From an uncultured delta proteobacterium (GTDB lineage: Bacteria; Myxococcota; Myxococcia; Myxococcales; Myxococcaceae), in the NCBI GenBank assembly GCA_963771175.1, contig CAVYSY010000003.1, forward strand, positions 32,001-96,000: a DNA stretch of 64,000 nucleotides, in the 5' to 3' direction. The stretch's first letter is position 1; the number at the start of each line of letters is the position of its first letter. The translations under genes were made by a program, and so were the position numbers. The notes under the pieces were generated by a model. The model worked only from the letters and a program-made list of their open reading frames with translations. It had not been told where the DNA came from and made no database searches. Below, piece after piece: positions 32,341 through 42,615 of this stretch.

Positions 32341-33377
32341 GGCTCGGGCTCAAGGCGGACAACCTCCTGGAGCGGCTGGCGGACTGGTTGAACCTGGCCC
32401 CGCAACCGCTGGCGCACGCCTTCTTCGGGATGATGGCGGCGCGCACGCTCATGGCCGGGGAGCGGCTGGGGTTGTACACGGCGCTCGCCGACGGCTCGGC
32501 CACGGTGGAGGAATTGGCGGCGCGGCTGAAGCTGTCCCCGGAGGGCACGCGGGCGCTGCTGGAGGCACTCGAGGCCTGCGAGGCGGTGGAGCGCAAGAAG
32601 GGCCGCTACCGGATGGCGGACCGGGCCCGGCGCTGGTTGGACCCGCGCTCACCGCAGTACGTGGGCGGCTTCCTGGACTTCAACTACACCCAATGGGACT
32701 GGTGGAGCCACCTGGAGGAGGCCGTGCGCACGGGGGAGGCGGTGGACATCCATCGCTTCTCCCCGGATGACCCGCGCTGGCGCTCCTATATCCACGCCAT
32801 GCACCAGATGGCGCGACTGTCGGCGCCCGAGGTGGTGCGGCACATCCCCCTGCCCCGGGGAGCGCGACAGGTGTTGGACCTCGGGGGCGCGCACGGCTGG
32901 TTCGCCGCGGAGCTGTGCCGCCGGCATCGGGGATTGAAGGCCACGGTGCTGGACCTGGAGGGCAGCGTGCGGGTGGGGCGGGAAATCATCTTCCGGGCTG
33001 GCCTGTCTCACCTGGTGACACACCGCGAGGGGGACCTGCTCACCTCGGAGCTGGGAGGGCCGTACGACGCGGTGCTGCTCTTCCAGGTGGTGCACCACCT
33101 GACGCCCGCGCAGAACGTGGCGCTGCTGCGCCGGGTGCGCACCGCGCTGACGCACAAGGGGACGCTGGCGGTGCTGGAGTACCTGCGCGAGGACGAGGAG
33201 AAGCCCGCGAGCGCCGCTCCGCTCATCGGCCTGCACTACTTCCTCACCTCGAAGGCGGCGGCGTACACGCCAGCGGAGATAGAAGGCTTCCTGGACGACG
33301 CGGGCTTCCGCATCGAGAGCGCCAGGCCGGTGCGCCACCTGCCGCTGCAGACGCTCATCATCGCCCGCCCCGAGTAA
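32337..33377 (+). CDS. SAM-dependent O-methyltransferase (dimerisation plus Methyltransf_2 type)
   Basis: N-terminal LGLYTALADG.ATVEELA winged helix; VLDLGGAHG, EGDLL, YDAVLLFQVVH. Confidence 0.88.
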   Translation: MRLGLKADNLLERLADWLNLAPQPLAHAFFGMMAARTLMAGERLGLYTALADGSATVEELAARLKLSPEGTRALLEALEACEAVERKKGRYRMADRARRWLDPRSPQYVGGFLDFNYTQWDWWSHLEEAVRTGEAVDIHRFSPDDPRWRSYIHAMHQMARLSAPEVVRHIPLPRGARQVLDLGGAHGWFAAELCRRHRGLKATVLDLEGSVRVGREIIFRAGLSHLVTHREGDLLTSELGGPYDAVLLFQVVHHLTPAQNVALLRRVRTALTHKGTLAVLEYLREDEEKPASAAPLIGLHYFLTSKAAAYTPAEIEGFLDDAGFRIESARPVRHLPLQTLIIARPE

Positions 33378-33505
33378 CTGCACGCCGTAGGCCCTCCAGG
33401 CAGGCGACAGGGCGGCCGCCAATGCATGGCTCCTGTCCGACCGTCAACGGGCCTCTTACAATAAGGATGCGGTGTGCATCCGCTGCGCTACCCTGCGAGG
33501 CACCG

Positions 33506-34849
33506 ATGATGGTGCCTAATTCGACCACCGCGACCGAGATGCAGGACCCGCCGCCGCTCGTCGTCGAGCTGGATGGCGTGCTCGCACACACGGACACCCT
33601 GCACGAGGGGCTGCTGCGACTGCACAAGCGCCAGCCCCACCTGATTCCGGCGGTGCTGGCCTGGAGCCTCAAGGGCCGGGCCTTCCTGCGGGCCGAGGTC
33701 GCGCGGCGGGTGGAACTGGACGTTACGCGGCTACCCTATGACGAAGCGCTGGTGACCCGGCTCTCCGAGGAGAAGGCCCGCGGGCGCCGGCTGGTGCTCG
33801 CCACGACCGCGGACCAGCGGGTAGCGGAGGCGGTGGCGGCACACCTGGGCCTCTTCGACGCGGTCCACGCGGGTGATGGCACCCAGGAGCTGTCCGGCGC
33901 GCACCGCGAGGCCCGGCTGCGGGAGTTGCTCGGCGAGCGCTACGAGGAGGCCCGCCGCTCCCCTCCCTCCCGCTCGTTCCCCCGCGCGCTGCTCAAGGCG
34001 CTGCGGGTGCACCAGTGGGCCAAGAACGTGCTCGTCTTCGTGCCGCTGCTCGCCGCGCACAAGGCCCAGCACCTGCCGATGCTCCTCCAGGCGCTGCTGG
34101 GCTTCGCCTCCTTCAGCCTGTGCGCCTCCAGCGTGTACGTGCTGAACGACCTGTTGGACCTGGACTCGGACCGCAAGCACCCCACCAAGCGCCGGCGACC
34201 CTTCGCGTCGGGAGACCTGTCGGTCCGCACCGGCCTCTGGATGGCCCCGGTGCTGCTGGCGGCCGGAGCGGCGGTGGCGCTGCTGCTGCCGATCGAGTTC
34301 CTGGCGCTGCTGGCCACCTACTACGCCATCACCCTGGCGTACTCGCTCTACCTCAAGCAGGTGATGATGATGGACGTGCTGGTGCTCGCCGGGCTGTACA
34401 CGGTGCGCATCTTCGGCGGCTCCCTGGCGGTGGGCGTGCCCACCTCGAGCTGGCTCCTCACCTTCTCCATGTTCCTCTTCCTCTCGCTCGCGCTGGTGAA
34501 ACGGCTCAGCGAGGTGCGCCGGCTGCGGCTGGCCAACGAGGCGACGGCGCCAGGGCGCGGGTACGTGGCCGGAGACTACGAGCAGCTCGCGAGTCTCGGC
34601 GTGTCGAGCGGCTTCCTGTCCGTGCTGGTGCTCGCGCTCTACATCACCAGCAAGGAAGTGACGGCGATCTACCTCCACCCAGAGCGCCTGTGGCTGCTGT
34701 GTCCGGTGATGATGTACTGGGTGGGGCGGGTGTGGATGCTCGCGCACCGCGGCGAGGTGAACGAGGATCCGCTCGTCTTCGCGCTGAAGGACAAAGTGAG
34801 CTACGCGGTGGGGCTCCTCGCCGCGGGCGTGTTGCTGGTGGCGACCTGA
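33506..34849 (+). CDS. HAD-like plus UbiA-family protein (polyprenyl-phosphate phosphoribosyltransferase-like)
   Basis: LVVELDGVL (degenerate HAD motif); RVHQWAKN, YVLNDLLDLDSDRKHPTKRRRPFASG, AYSLYLK, EDPLVFALKD. Confidence 0.88.
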   Translation: MMVPNSTTATEMQDPPPLVVELDGVLAHTDTLHEGLLRLHKRQPHLIPAVLAWSLKGRAFLRAEVARRVELDVTRLPYDEALVTRLSEEKARGRRLVLATTADQRVAEAVAAHLGLFDAVHAGDGTQELSGAHREARLRELLGERYEEARRSPPSRSFPRALLKALRVHQWAKNVLVFVPLLAAHKAQHLPMLLQALLGFASFSLCASSVYVLNDLLDLDSDRKHPTKRRRPFASGDLSVRTGLWMAPVLLAAGAAVALLLPIEFLALLATYYAITLAYSLYLKQVMMMDVLVLAGLYTVRIFGGSLAVGVPTSSWLLTFSMFLFLSLALVKRLSEVRRLRLANEATAPGRGYVAGDYEQLASLGVSSGFLSVLVLALYITSKEVTAIYLHPERLWLLCPVMMYWVGRVWMLAHRGEVNEDPLVFALKDKVSYAVGLLAAGVLLVAT

Positions 34850-34852
34850 GGT

Positions 34853-36199
34853 GTGACGGACATGGGCTCTGAGTTGCAATCCTGGGGACGGTACCCGCAT
34901 GTGGCGGAGCAGCGGATGCTGCCCGTCACGTGGGCCTCGGACACCCTGCCGGTGCCGGCGGATGGAGGCAAGCTGCTGCCGTACGGGCAGGGCCGGAGCT
35001 ATGGCGACTCGTGCCTCAACGCGGGCGGCGCGCTGCTGACGACGGCGCGGATGGACCGCTTCCTCGACTTCGACCCGGCCACGGGCGTGCTGCGCTGCGA
35101 GTCGGGCGTCACGCTGGACGCCATCCTCCGGCTGGTGTCGTGGCAGGGCTGGTTCCTCCCGGTGACGCCGGGCACGAAGTTCGTGAGCGTGGGCGGGGCC
35201 ATCGCCAACGACGTCCACGGGAAGAACCACCACCGGGCGGGCACCTTCGGACGGCACGTGCGGCGCTTCGAGCTGGTGCGCTCGGACGGCTCGCGGCGGG
35301 TGTGCTCGCCCCAGGAGAACAAGGACTATTACGAGGCCACCATCGGCGGCCTCGGGCTGACGGGCCTCATCACCTGGGCGGAGATCCAGCTCCGGCGGAT
35401 GAGCAACCCGTACATCCTCCAGGAGACCATCCCCTTCGCCAACCTGGACGGCTTCCTCTCGCTGGCGCACGAGTCCGAGAAGGACTTCGAGTTCACCGTG
35501 GCGTGGATCGACAGCCTGGGCAAGGGGCAGAGCCTGGGCAAGGGCCTGTTCTACCGGGGCAACCACGCGCCGCCGCAGTTCGACGCGGTGCCGCTGTCCC
35601 AGAGCCACCTGTCGCGCCAGGGCGGCGGGCTGGCGGTGCCCTTCGACCTGCCGGGCTTCGCGCTCAACCGGCTGTCGGTGTCGGCCTTCAACTGGCTCTA
35701 CTACAACCGGCAGCGCGGCAAGGCGTCCGAGGGACTCGTCCACTACGACCCGTTCTTCTACCCGCTGGACAGCGTCCACCGGTGGAACCGCATCTACGGG
35801 CACCGGGGCTTCATGCAGTTCCAGTGCTTCGTGCCGGTGAGCGACACGGGCGTGGCGGCGCTGAGGGAGATCCTCGACCGCGCCCGCAGCGGCCTGCCGA
35901 GCTTCCTCACGGTGCTGAAGATGTTCGGCGACGTGGCCTCGCCGGGGTGGATGAGCTTCCCGCGGCGCGGGGTGACACTGGCGCTCGACTTCGCCAACCG
36001 GGGCGAGAAGACGTACCGGCTGCTGGAGGAATTGGACCGGGTGACGCGCCAGTCGGGCGGGCGGGTGTACCCGGCCAAGGACGCGCGGATGAGCCCGGAG
36101 AGCTTCGCGGCGTACTACCCGGAGCGCGAGCGCTTCGCGCGGTACGTGGACCCGGCGTTCTCATCATCGTTCTGGCGCCGTGTGAACGGGGCGGGGTAG
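34853..36199 (+). CDS. FAD-binding oxidoreductase, DprE1-like
   Basis: GQGRSYGDSCLN, PVTPGTKFVSVGGAIANDVHGKNHH, WNRIYG, TLALDF, YPAKDA. Confidence 0.9.
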   Translation: MTDMGSELQSWGRYPHVAEQRMLPVTWASDTLPVPADGGKLLPYGQGRSYGDSCLNAGGALLTTARMDRFLDFDPATGVLRCESGVTLDAILRLVSWQGWFLPVTPGTKFVSVGGAIANDVHGKNHHRAGTFGRHVRRFELVRSDGSRRVCSPQENKDYYEATIGGLGLTGLITWAEIQLRRMSNPYILQETIPFANLDGFLSLAHESEKDFEFTVAWIDSLGKGQSLGKGLFYRGNHAPPQFDAVPLSQSHLSRQGGGLAVPFDLPGFALNRLSVSAFNWLYYNRQRGKASEGLVHYDPFFYPLDSVHRWNRIYGHRGFMQFQCFVPVSDTGVAALREILDRARSGLPSFLTVLKMFGDVASPGWMSFPRRGVTLALDFANRGEKTYRLLEELDRVTRQSGGRVYPAKDARMSPESFAAYYPERERFARYVDPAFSSSFWRRVNGAG

Positions 36200-36208
36200 A
36201 TGGGCCCC

Positions 36209-36949
36209 ATGATGAAGAAGGTCCTCGTTCTCGGCGCCACGAGCGCCATGGCCCAGGCGACGGTGCGGCTGCTCGCCGCGCGCGGCGCGTCCATGTACCT
36301 CGTGGGCCGCAACGCCGAGCGGCTGGAAGCGGTGGCGCAGGATGCCCGGACGCGGGGCGCCGCGAAGGTGGCCACCGAGGCGCTCGACCTGGACGATGTC
36401 ACCCAGCACGAGGCCCTGGTGGAGCGAGCCACCACCGCCCTCGGCGGCCTGGATGGGGCGCTGCTCGCTCACGGGATTCTGGGCGACCAGGAAGCCTCCC
36501 AGCGCGCGTACGCCGAGGCCGAGAAGGTCTTCCGCACCAACTTCCTGAGCGCGGTGTCCTTGCTGACGCCGCTGGCCAACCGCTTCGAGGCCCAGAAGGC
36601 CGGCACGCTGGTGGTCATCTCCTCGGTGGCGGGAGACCGCGGCCGGCAGAGCAACTACATCTACGGCGCCTCCAAGGGTGCGCTGAGCGTGTTCCTCCAG
36701 GGCCTGCGCAACCGGCTGGCGCGCTCGGGGGTGGCGGTGGTGACGGTGAAGCCGGGCTTCGTGGACACGCCGATGACGGCCGGCATGAAGAAGAACGCGC
36801 TCTTCGCCTCGCCCGAGAAGGTGGCCCGCGGCATCCTCCGGGCGGCGGACAAGCGCCGCAACGAGGTGTACCTGCCCGGCTTCTGGCGCCTCATCATGTT
36901 CATCATCCGCTCCATCCCCGAGGGCATCTTCAAGCGACTGAAGCTGTAG
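36209..36949 (+). CDS. short-chain dehydrogenase, DprE2-like
   Basis: VLGATSAMA, ISSVAGDRGRQSNYIYGASK, VKPGFVDT. Confidence 0.9.
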   Translation: MMKKVLVLGATSAMAQATVRLLAARGASMYLVGRNAERLEAVAQDARTRGAAKVATEALDLDDVTQHEALVERATTALGGLDGALLAHGILGDQEASQRAYAEAEKVFRTNFLSAVSLLTPLANRFEAQKAGTLVVISSVAGDRGRQSNYIYGASKGALSVFLQGLRNRLARSGVAVVTVKPGFVDTPMTAGMKKNALFASPEKVARGILRAADKRRNEVYLPGFWRLIMFIIRSIPEGIFKRLKL

Positions 36950-37160
36950 GTGCCGGTGGCACCGCTCTCGACAGGACGAGGAGCAGGCAAGCACCCTGCC
37001 CTCCCCGGGTCAGGTGGGAGTATCCACCCCTGAAACCCCACCCGGCGCCGTGCCGCCCAAGCAGAGGGAAAGGTGATAGCGTCCACCGAGTGGACGTGGC
37101 CGTGCCCCCCGACCGCCACGTATACCGCCCGCGTCACCGCTCCGCCCTGGGCCTTCAATC

Positions 37161-38960
37161 ATGGCGTTCTTGAAATCATCGAGCAGCAGCAACCGCTCCC
37201 TACCCAGCCGCATTGATGCGCTCATGCGCGCGTGCGCGATGCCCCTGGCGCCCTTCGTCGCCTACCTGCTGGGGATGCTGCTGGGGCTCCAGGGAGACCA
37301 GGTTCCGAGCGCCGTCATCTGGCTGCTGCCGCCGACGATCGGCGTCTGGGGAGTGCTCTTCCCGCTGATCATCATCCACTACTTCCACCGGACCGCGCTC
37401 CGCTCGAATCCGAACGATCCCCCCGGCCTGCGCCTGGCCCGCATCCTCAAGATGCCCTGGCGCATCGCCTTCTACAACATGGTGGGCTCCTACGGCTTTG
37501 GCGCGTCCTTCTTCTGCACGGGCGTCTGCCTGTGGTTCGACAAGAGCCTGTGGCTGGTGCTCTGGGGCACCCTCATCGGCGTGGCGGTGGGACTGCTGCT
37601 GGCCTTCCCCGCCGGCATCACCATGGAGCGCTGGGTGCAGCCGCTGGCCCTCGAGGAGCAGGGGCGCCATCCCCACCTGCGCGTGATGAGCAGCGGCTTC
37701 TTCTGGCCGCGGCAGTCCTGGTTCCTGCCCTACGCCTTCGCCGTCTGCGTGCTCTCGCTCATCCTCCTGGGCGGCGTCACGGTGGGCGTGCAGACCACCA
37801 ACGTCCAGCGCCGCTACATCGAAGACCTCCAGGCCACCGGCCAGCACCAGGCGGCCGCGATGCTGGAGGGGCTGAGCTTCTCGCTCCTGTCCGAGCTGAG
37901 CATCCCCGTGGCCGTGCTGGCCCTCGTGCTGCTCGCCCTCGCCATCCTCTCCGCGTGGATGCTGGCGCGCCGCCAGGAGAGCGGCTCGCTGGCGGTGCTG
38001 CGCGCCATCGAGGGCCTCTCCGTGGGCAAGGTGCGCCCGCCCCAGTGGGTGTCCACCGATGAGATCGGCGACCTGGCCTTCGGCCTCAACGCCATCACCC
38101 TGCAGCTCAGCGCCCTGCCCCGCACGCTGCAGCAATCCGCCACCCAGCTCGTCGAGGCCGGTGCCACCCTGCGCCAGGCCAACGACGCCCAGCGCCGCGC
38201 CCTCACCACCCAGGCCACCGCCATCCAGGAGACCAACGTCACCGCGCAGGAAATCAAGCAGACCTCCAACCTCACCGCCCAGCGGGCCGAGGAGGTGCTG
38301 CACGTGGTGCGTCACGCCGAGGAGCTCAGCCGCTTGGGCACCAGCGCCCTGGAGCAGACCAGCGCCGGCTTCAGCGCCATCCGCGACTCGGTGTTCGCCA
38401 TCCGCGGCAGGATGGAGCGCCTGCAGGCCAGCGCCCTGCAGATTGGCGAAATCACCCAGACGGTGAAGGACCTGGCCGACCAGTCCAACATGCTCGCGCT
38501 CAACGCCGCCATCGAGGCGGTGCGCTCGGGCGAGCACGGCAAGGGCTTCGGCGTGGTGGCCCGCGAAATCCGCCTCCTGGCCGATCAGTCCATCCGCGCC
38601 ACCGCCCGCATCCGCACCATCCTCGACGAGGTGGGCAACGCCATCGACGACGCCGTCTCCATGACGGACGTGGGCTCCGCCCAGGTGGAGGGCGGCCTGG
38701 ACAAGGTGCGCACCTCCGAGGAGAGCCTCCACCAGCTCTCACAGATGGTGAAGGAGAGCTCCACGGCCGTGACTCAAATCACCGTCGCCGTGAGCCAGCA
38801 GAACGCCGGCTTCACTCAAATCTTCAACGCCGTCGCCGACCTGTCCCACAGCATGGACGCCGCCATGGAGCGCCTGGAATCCACCCAGGAGGCGGCGCAG
38901 ACCCTCCAGAACGTCTCCGCCCAGGTCACCCGCGTGGCCGGCCAGTACCATTTGGAATAG
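37161..38960 (+). CDS. methyl-accepting chemotaxis protein with a multi-TM sensor region
   Basis: DEIGDL HAMP domain; LADQSNMLALNAAIEAVRSGEHGKGFGVVAREIR signalling hairpin. Confidence 0.92.
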   Translation: MAFLKSSSSSNRSLPSRIDALMRACAMPLAPFVAYLLGMLLGLQGDQVPSAVIWLLPPTIGVWGVLFPLIIIHYFHRTALRSNPNDPPGLRLARILKMPWRIAFYNMVGSYGFGASFFCTGVCLWFDKSLWLVLWGTLIGVAVGLLLAFPAGITMERWVQPLALEEQGRHPHLRVMSSGFFWPRQSWFLPYAFAVCVLSLILLGGVTVGVQTTNVQRRYIEDLQATGQHQAAAMLEGLSFSLLSELSIPVAVLALVLLALAILSAWMLARRQESGSLAVLRAIEGLSVGKVRPPQWVSTDEIGDLAFGLNAITLQLSALPRTLQQSATQLVEAGATLRQANDAQRRALTTQATAIQETNVTAQEIKQTSNLTAQRAEEVLHVVRHAEELSRLGTSALEQTSAGFSAIRDSVFAIRGRMERLQASALQIGEITQTVKDLADQSNMLALNAAIEAVRSGEHGKGFGVVAREIRLLADQSIRATARIRTILDEVGNAIDDAVSMTDVGSAQVEGGLDKVRTSEESLHQLSQMVKESSTAVTQITVAVSQQNAGFTQIFNAVADLSHSMDAAMERLESTQEAAQTLQNVSAQVTRVAGQYHLE

Positions 38961-39034
38961 CCCGGCGTGCGACAGCCGTGTATTGTAACGCGTCGTGTCA
39001 TTCTTAAGTTCCATTATTGCACGAAAATTCCAGG

Positions 39035-39064
39035 TTGACCGGACGTGGCTCAGGTCTGTAGTAT
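39035..39064 (+). promoter_or_regulatory. sigma70-like promoter of the ACP-PKS-FAAL operon
   Basis: TTGACC, 18 bp, TAGTAT, preceded by an AT-rich tract. Confidence 0.5.
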
Positions 39065-39129
39065 CCCTTCTTGGTTGGAGAGGGGGGCATCACTCGAAGG
39101 CTCGCTCGTCCCCACGGCGGGAGGTCCAC

Positions 39130-39469
39130 ATGCATCGGCAGGAGATCCTCGACAACGTCCGCAACATCATCCTGGCCACCAACAGTGGCCTGTTCCCGGA
39201 TGATGTGAGCGAGTTCGCCTCCATGACGTATGATCTGGGCATGGACTCCTTCCATCTGGAGTCGATGATTTCCCGGCTGAAGGACGAAGTGGCGGACATC
39301 GAGTTCACCCCCTGGTACATCAAGGCCTCGCGTCGCGGTCACGACACGGTGGGCAGCCTCGTGGACTTCATCGACGAGCGCCTGTGCGCAGATCGCCCCC
39401 GCGCGGAGCGCCATGGCCTCGGACTCCCACGCCAGCGTCCAGAACACGCTTGACGTGGAGGCGGCATGA
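39130..39469 (+). CDS. acyl carrier protein (probable +1 error near 39385)
   Basis: DLGMDSF pantetheine-attachment motif, TVGSLVDFI; the corrected frame ends in an ATGA overlap with the PKS start. Confidence 0.8.
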
Positions 39470-40527
39470 CCCAGGCAGTACCCGCGCGTAGACCCACCCT
39501 GCTCTCCATCGCCTCGGCGGTCCCTCCGCTCTCGCTCACCCAGGACGAGATGTACGAGGGGCTGCTGAAGCATTGGTACAAGAACATCCCCAACGCCGAG
39601 CGCATCATCAAGAACACCGGGGTGCGCCAGCGGCACTTCGCGTGGGACCCGCGCGTGGAGCTCAAGGAGGGCAACCGCGGGGTGGGTGACCGCGTGCGCG
39701 TCTACGAGCGCGTGGGCCTCGAGGTGACCGGCGAGTCCGTGGAGAAGGCGCTCGGGAACCTGGACCGCTCCAAGGTGGGCGCCTTCACGATGACCACCAA
39801 CTCGGGCTACTCGGGCCCGGGGTTGGACCTGTTCATCTCCAAGAAGCTCGGGCTGCGCTCCAGCATCCGCCGTACCTTCGTGGGGCACATGGGCTGCTTC
39901 GCGGCCTTCCCCGTCATGCGGGTGGCCCTGGACAGCATCGCCGCGCGCCCCGACGAGTACGTCATCGCCAACGCCTCGGAGTTCAGCTCGCTGCAGTTCC
40001 GCAATGACCCGAACCCGGAGCAGGCCGTCATCATGGGCCTGTTCGGCGACGCCACCTGCACGATGGTGCTCGGCAGCGCCCCGGACGGCGAGGGCATCCA
40101 GTTCATCCGCTCGCACACCGAGCAGCTCTACGACACCTACGAGCTGATGGGCTGGAACATGCAGAACGACGGGTTCCAGATGACCCTGTCGCCCTACGTG
40201 CCCTTCGTGCTCGCCGAGCACATCGACGCCTTCCTGGAGAAGCTGCTCGGCCCGGAGAAGCTGGGCGTCGGGGACATCAAGCACTGGCTCATCCACCCGG
40301 GCGGCCCGAAGATCCTCGAGGCCCTCGCCAAACAGCTCAAGCTGGACAAGTCGCGGATGCGCGCGAGCTGGCACGTACTGAGCGAGTACGGCAACTGCGG
40401 CTGCACCACCGCGCTGCTCGTGCTGGAAGAGGCGCTGAAGACGGACAAGCCCCAGCGCGGCGAGTACGGCGTGATGATGGGGTTCGGCCCCGGCCTCACC
40501 GTCGAGGCCATGCTGGTCCGTTTCTGA
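39466..40527 (+). CDS. type III polyketide synthase (cluster A)
   Basis: catalytic triad motifs GHMGCFAA, IHPGGPKI, YGN; LFGD; FGPGLTVE. Confidence 0.92.
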   Translation: MTQAVPARRPTLLSIASAVPPLSLTQDEMYEGLLKHWYKNIPNAERIIKNTGVRQRHFAWDPRVELKEGNRGVGDRVRVYERVGLEVTGESVEKALGNLDRSKVGAFTMTTNSGYSGPGLDLFISKKLGLRSSIRRTFVGHMGCFAAFPVMRVALDSIAARPDEYVIANASEFSSLQFRNDPNPEQAVIMGLFGDATCTMVLGSAPDGEGIQFIRSHTEQLYDTYELMGWNMQNDGFQMTLSPYVPFVLAEHIDAFLEKLLGPEKLGVGDIKHWLIHPGGPKILEALAKQLKLDKSRMRASWHVLSEYGNCGCTTALLVLEEALKTDKPQRGEYGVMMGFGPGLTVEAMLVRF

Positions 40528-40555
40528 GTCGGTTCTCCACCAAGGACAGACATCG

Positions 40556-42396
40556 ATGAGCCAGGAACCGCTGCGTCGTCAGACGGGAACCGTCCGCCTG
40601 GGCCCCGGGGTGGGCTACCACCCCAGCCGCGAGATTGCCCAGCGCTCGCCCACCCGCGCCACCGTGGCCCCGGTCCAGACGCTGGCCGAGGCCCTGGTGC
40701 ACTGGGCGCACACCCGCCCCTCCCAGCCCCTCTTCTACTTCGTGGACCTGGAGGAGAAGCTCACCCTCCTCACCGCGGCGGACCTGCACCACAACGCCCT
40801 GCGGCTCGGCGCCAACCTGCGCGCCCGCGGCGTGCGCCAGGGGGACCGGGTGGTGCTCTCCTTCGACACCGGCCCCGACTTCCTCGAGTGCTTCTTCGCC
40901 TGTGGCCTCGTCGGCGCCATCCCCTGCCTCATCGAGCTGCCCTCCTCGAAGGTCTCCGTGCAGTCCTGGGGCGAGCGGCTGGGCGTGAAGCTGCGGCTGC
41001 TGGGAGCCCGGGCCATGCTCATCGACCCGGACTTCCTGGACCTGGCGCAGGAGGCCTTCCGGGACTACCCGCCCGAGGAGGGCCAGCCGGCGCCCTTCGT
41101 GGCCACCCCGGCGGAGCTGGTGGCCGACGCCGAGCCCCTCGAGCCGCCCACCAGCGGCGCGGACGACGTGGCCTTCATCCAGTTCACCTCGGGCACCACG
41201 GACGCCCCCAAGGGGGTTCAAATCTCCCACCGGGCGCTGTTCGCCAACTGCGCGGCCATGGGGGAGATCAGCCAGTGGGACTCGGATGACCTGATGGCGT
41301 GCTGGCTGCCGCTCTACCACGACATGGGACTGGTGGCCTCGACGCTGGCCTCCTTCGTCCACGGGATTCCGACGGCGCTGATTCCTCCCTTCGGCTTCCT
41401 GCTCAAGCCCGCGCGCTGGCTGTGGACCCTCCAGTACTTCCGCGCCACCTCGGCCTTCGCGCCCAACTTCGCCTACCAGCTCTGCTTCAAGCGCATCAAG
41501 GACGCCGAGGTGGAGGGCCTGGAGCTGGGTGCGTGGAAGCGGGCCTACAACGCCGCCGAGTACATCCACGCCGACACCGTGCGCCACTTCACCGAGCGCT
41601 TCCAGCCCTACGGCTTCGAGCCGGATGCCTGGCGGCCCTCGTATGGCATGGCGGAGATGGTGGTGGGCGTGTCCATCCGCGATCGCGCCGATGCCCTGCG
41701 CACGGAGCTCATTCGCGCTCGGCGCTGGCCTCGCGCCGCGAGGCCGTGCCGCTCGCCGAGAGTGGCCCGGACGCCCTCCCGGTGCTCAGCGTGGGTCGCG
41801 TGCTGCGCGGCATCGACCTCCGCATCATCGACGAGGAGGGCAAGCCGGTGGGCGAGCGCCGCGAGGGAGAAATCCTCCTGCGCGGCACCTCCCTCTTCGG
41901 CGGCTACTACAAGAACCCGGAGGCCACCGACAGCGTGCTGCACGACGGGTGGCTGCACACCGGGGACCTGGGCTACCTCGCCGACGGCCAGCTCTTCATC
42001 TGCGGGCGCAGCAAGGACCTCATCATCAAGGCGGGCGACAACTATCACCCGTACACCATGGAGAACGCCGCCGCCCAGGTGGCCGGCGTGCGCGCCGGGT
42101 GCGTGGCCGCGGTGGGCGTCAACAACGCCCAGACGGGCACCGAGGACATCGTCATCGTCTGCGAGACGACCGAGACGAAGCCCGACCTGCTCCGACAGCT
42201 CTGCAAGCACGTGGAGGAGATGGTCTACCAGGGCTCCGGCGTGCGCCCCAACCGCGTCATCCCCGTCGCCTCCCACACCGTTCCCAAGACGACCAGCGGC
42301 AAAATCAAGCGCGCCTACATCCGTCAGAACATCGAGGCCTTCGAGAACCTCTCGCTGCTGGTGACGCCTCCCGCCCAGCAGGCCATCGTCCACTGA
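40556..42396 (+). CDS. fatty acyl-AMP ligase (frameshift near 41715)
   Basis: IQFTSGTTDAPKGV, WLPLYHDMGL, APNFAY, YGMAE, LHTGDLG, PKTTSGKIKR. Confidence 0.9.
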
Positions 42397-42429
42397 CGGT
42401 CTGAGCCACACTCCCAGTCCTTCATCGAG

Positions 42430-42469
42430 GAGCCCGGGTACACACCGTGTATCAGGGCTCTCCGTTTTT
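42430..42469 (+). terminator. probable intrinsic terminator after the FAAL gene
   Basis: GAGCCC..GTACAC/GTGTAT..GGGCTC hairpin followed by CGTTTTT. Confidence 0.55.
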
Positions 42470-42615
42470 ACGCCCTTCTCCTACCTCGCGGATGTTTCCA
42501 CACAACCGCACCATTGAATTTTTCCAGAATAGTCGCTTGCTCCCTTGCTTGTCGCGCATTCTTGGGATACAAGACTGAACAGCTTTCCCGAGGAATCTTT
42601 CCCGAGGAGTTGGAA

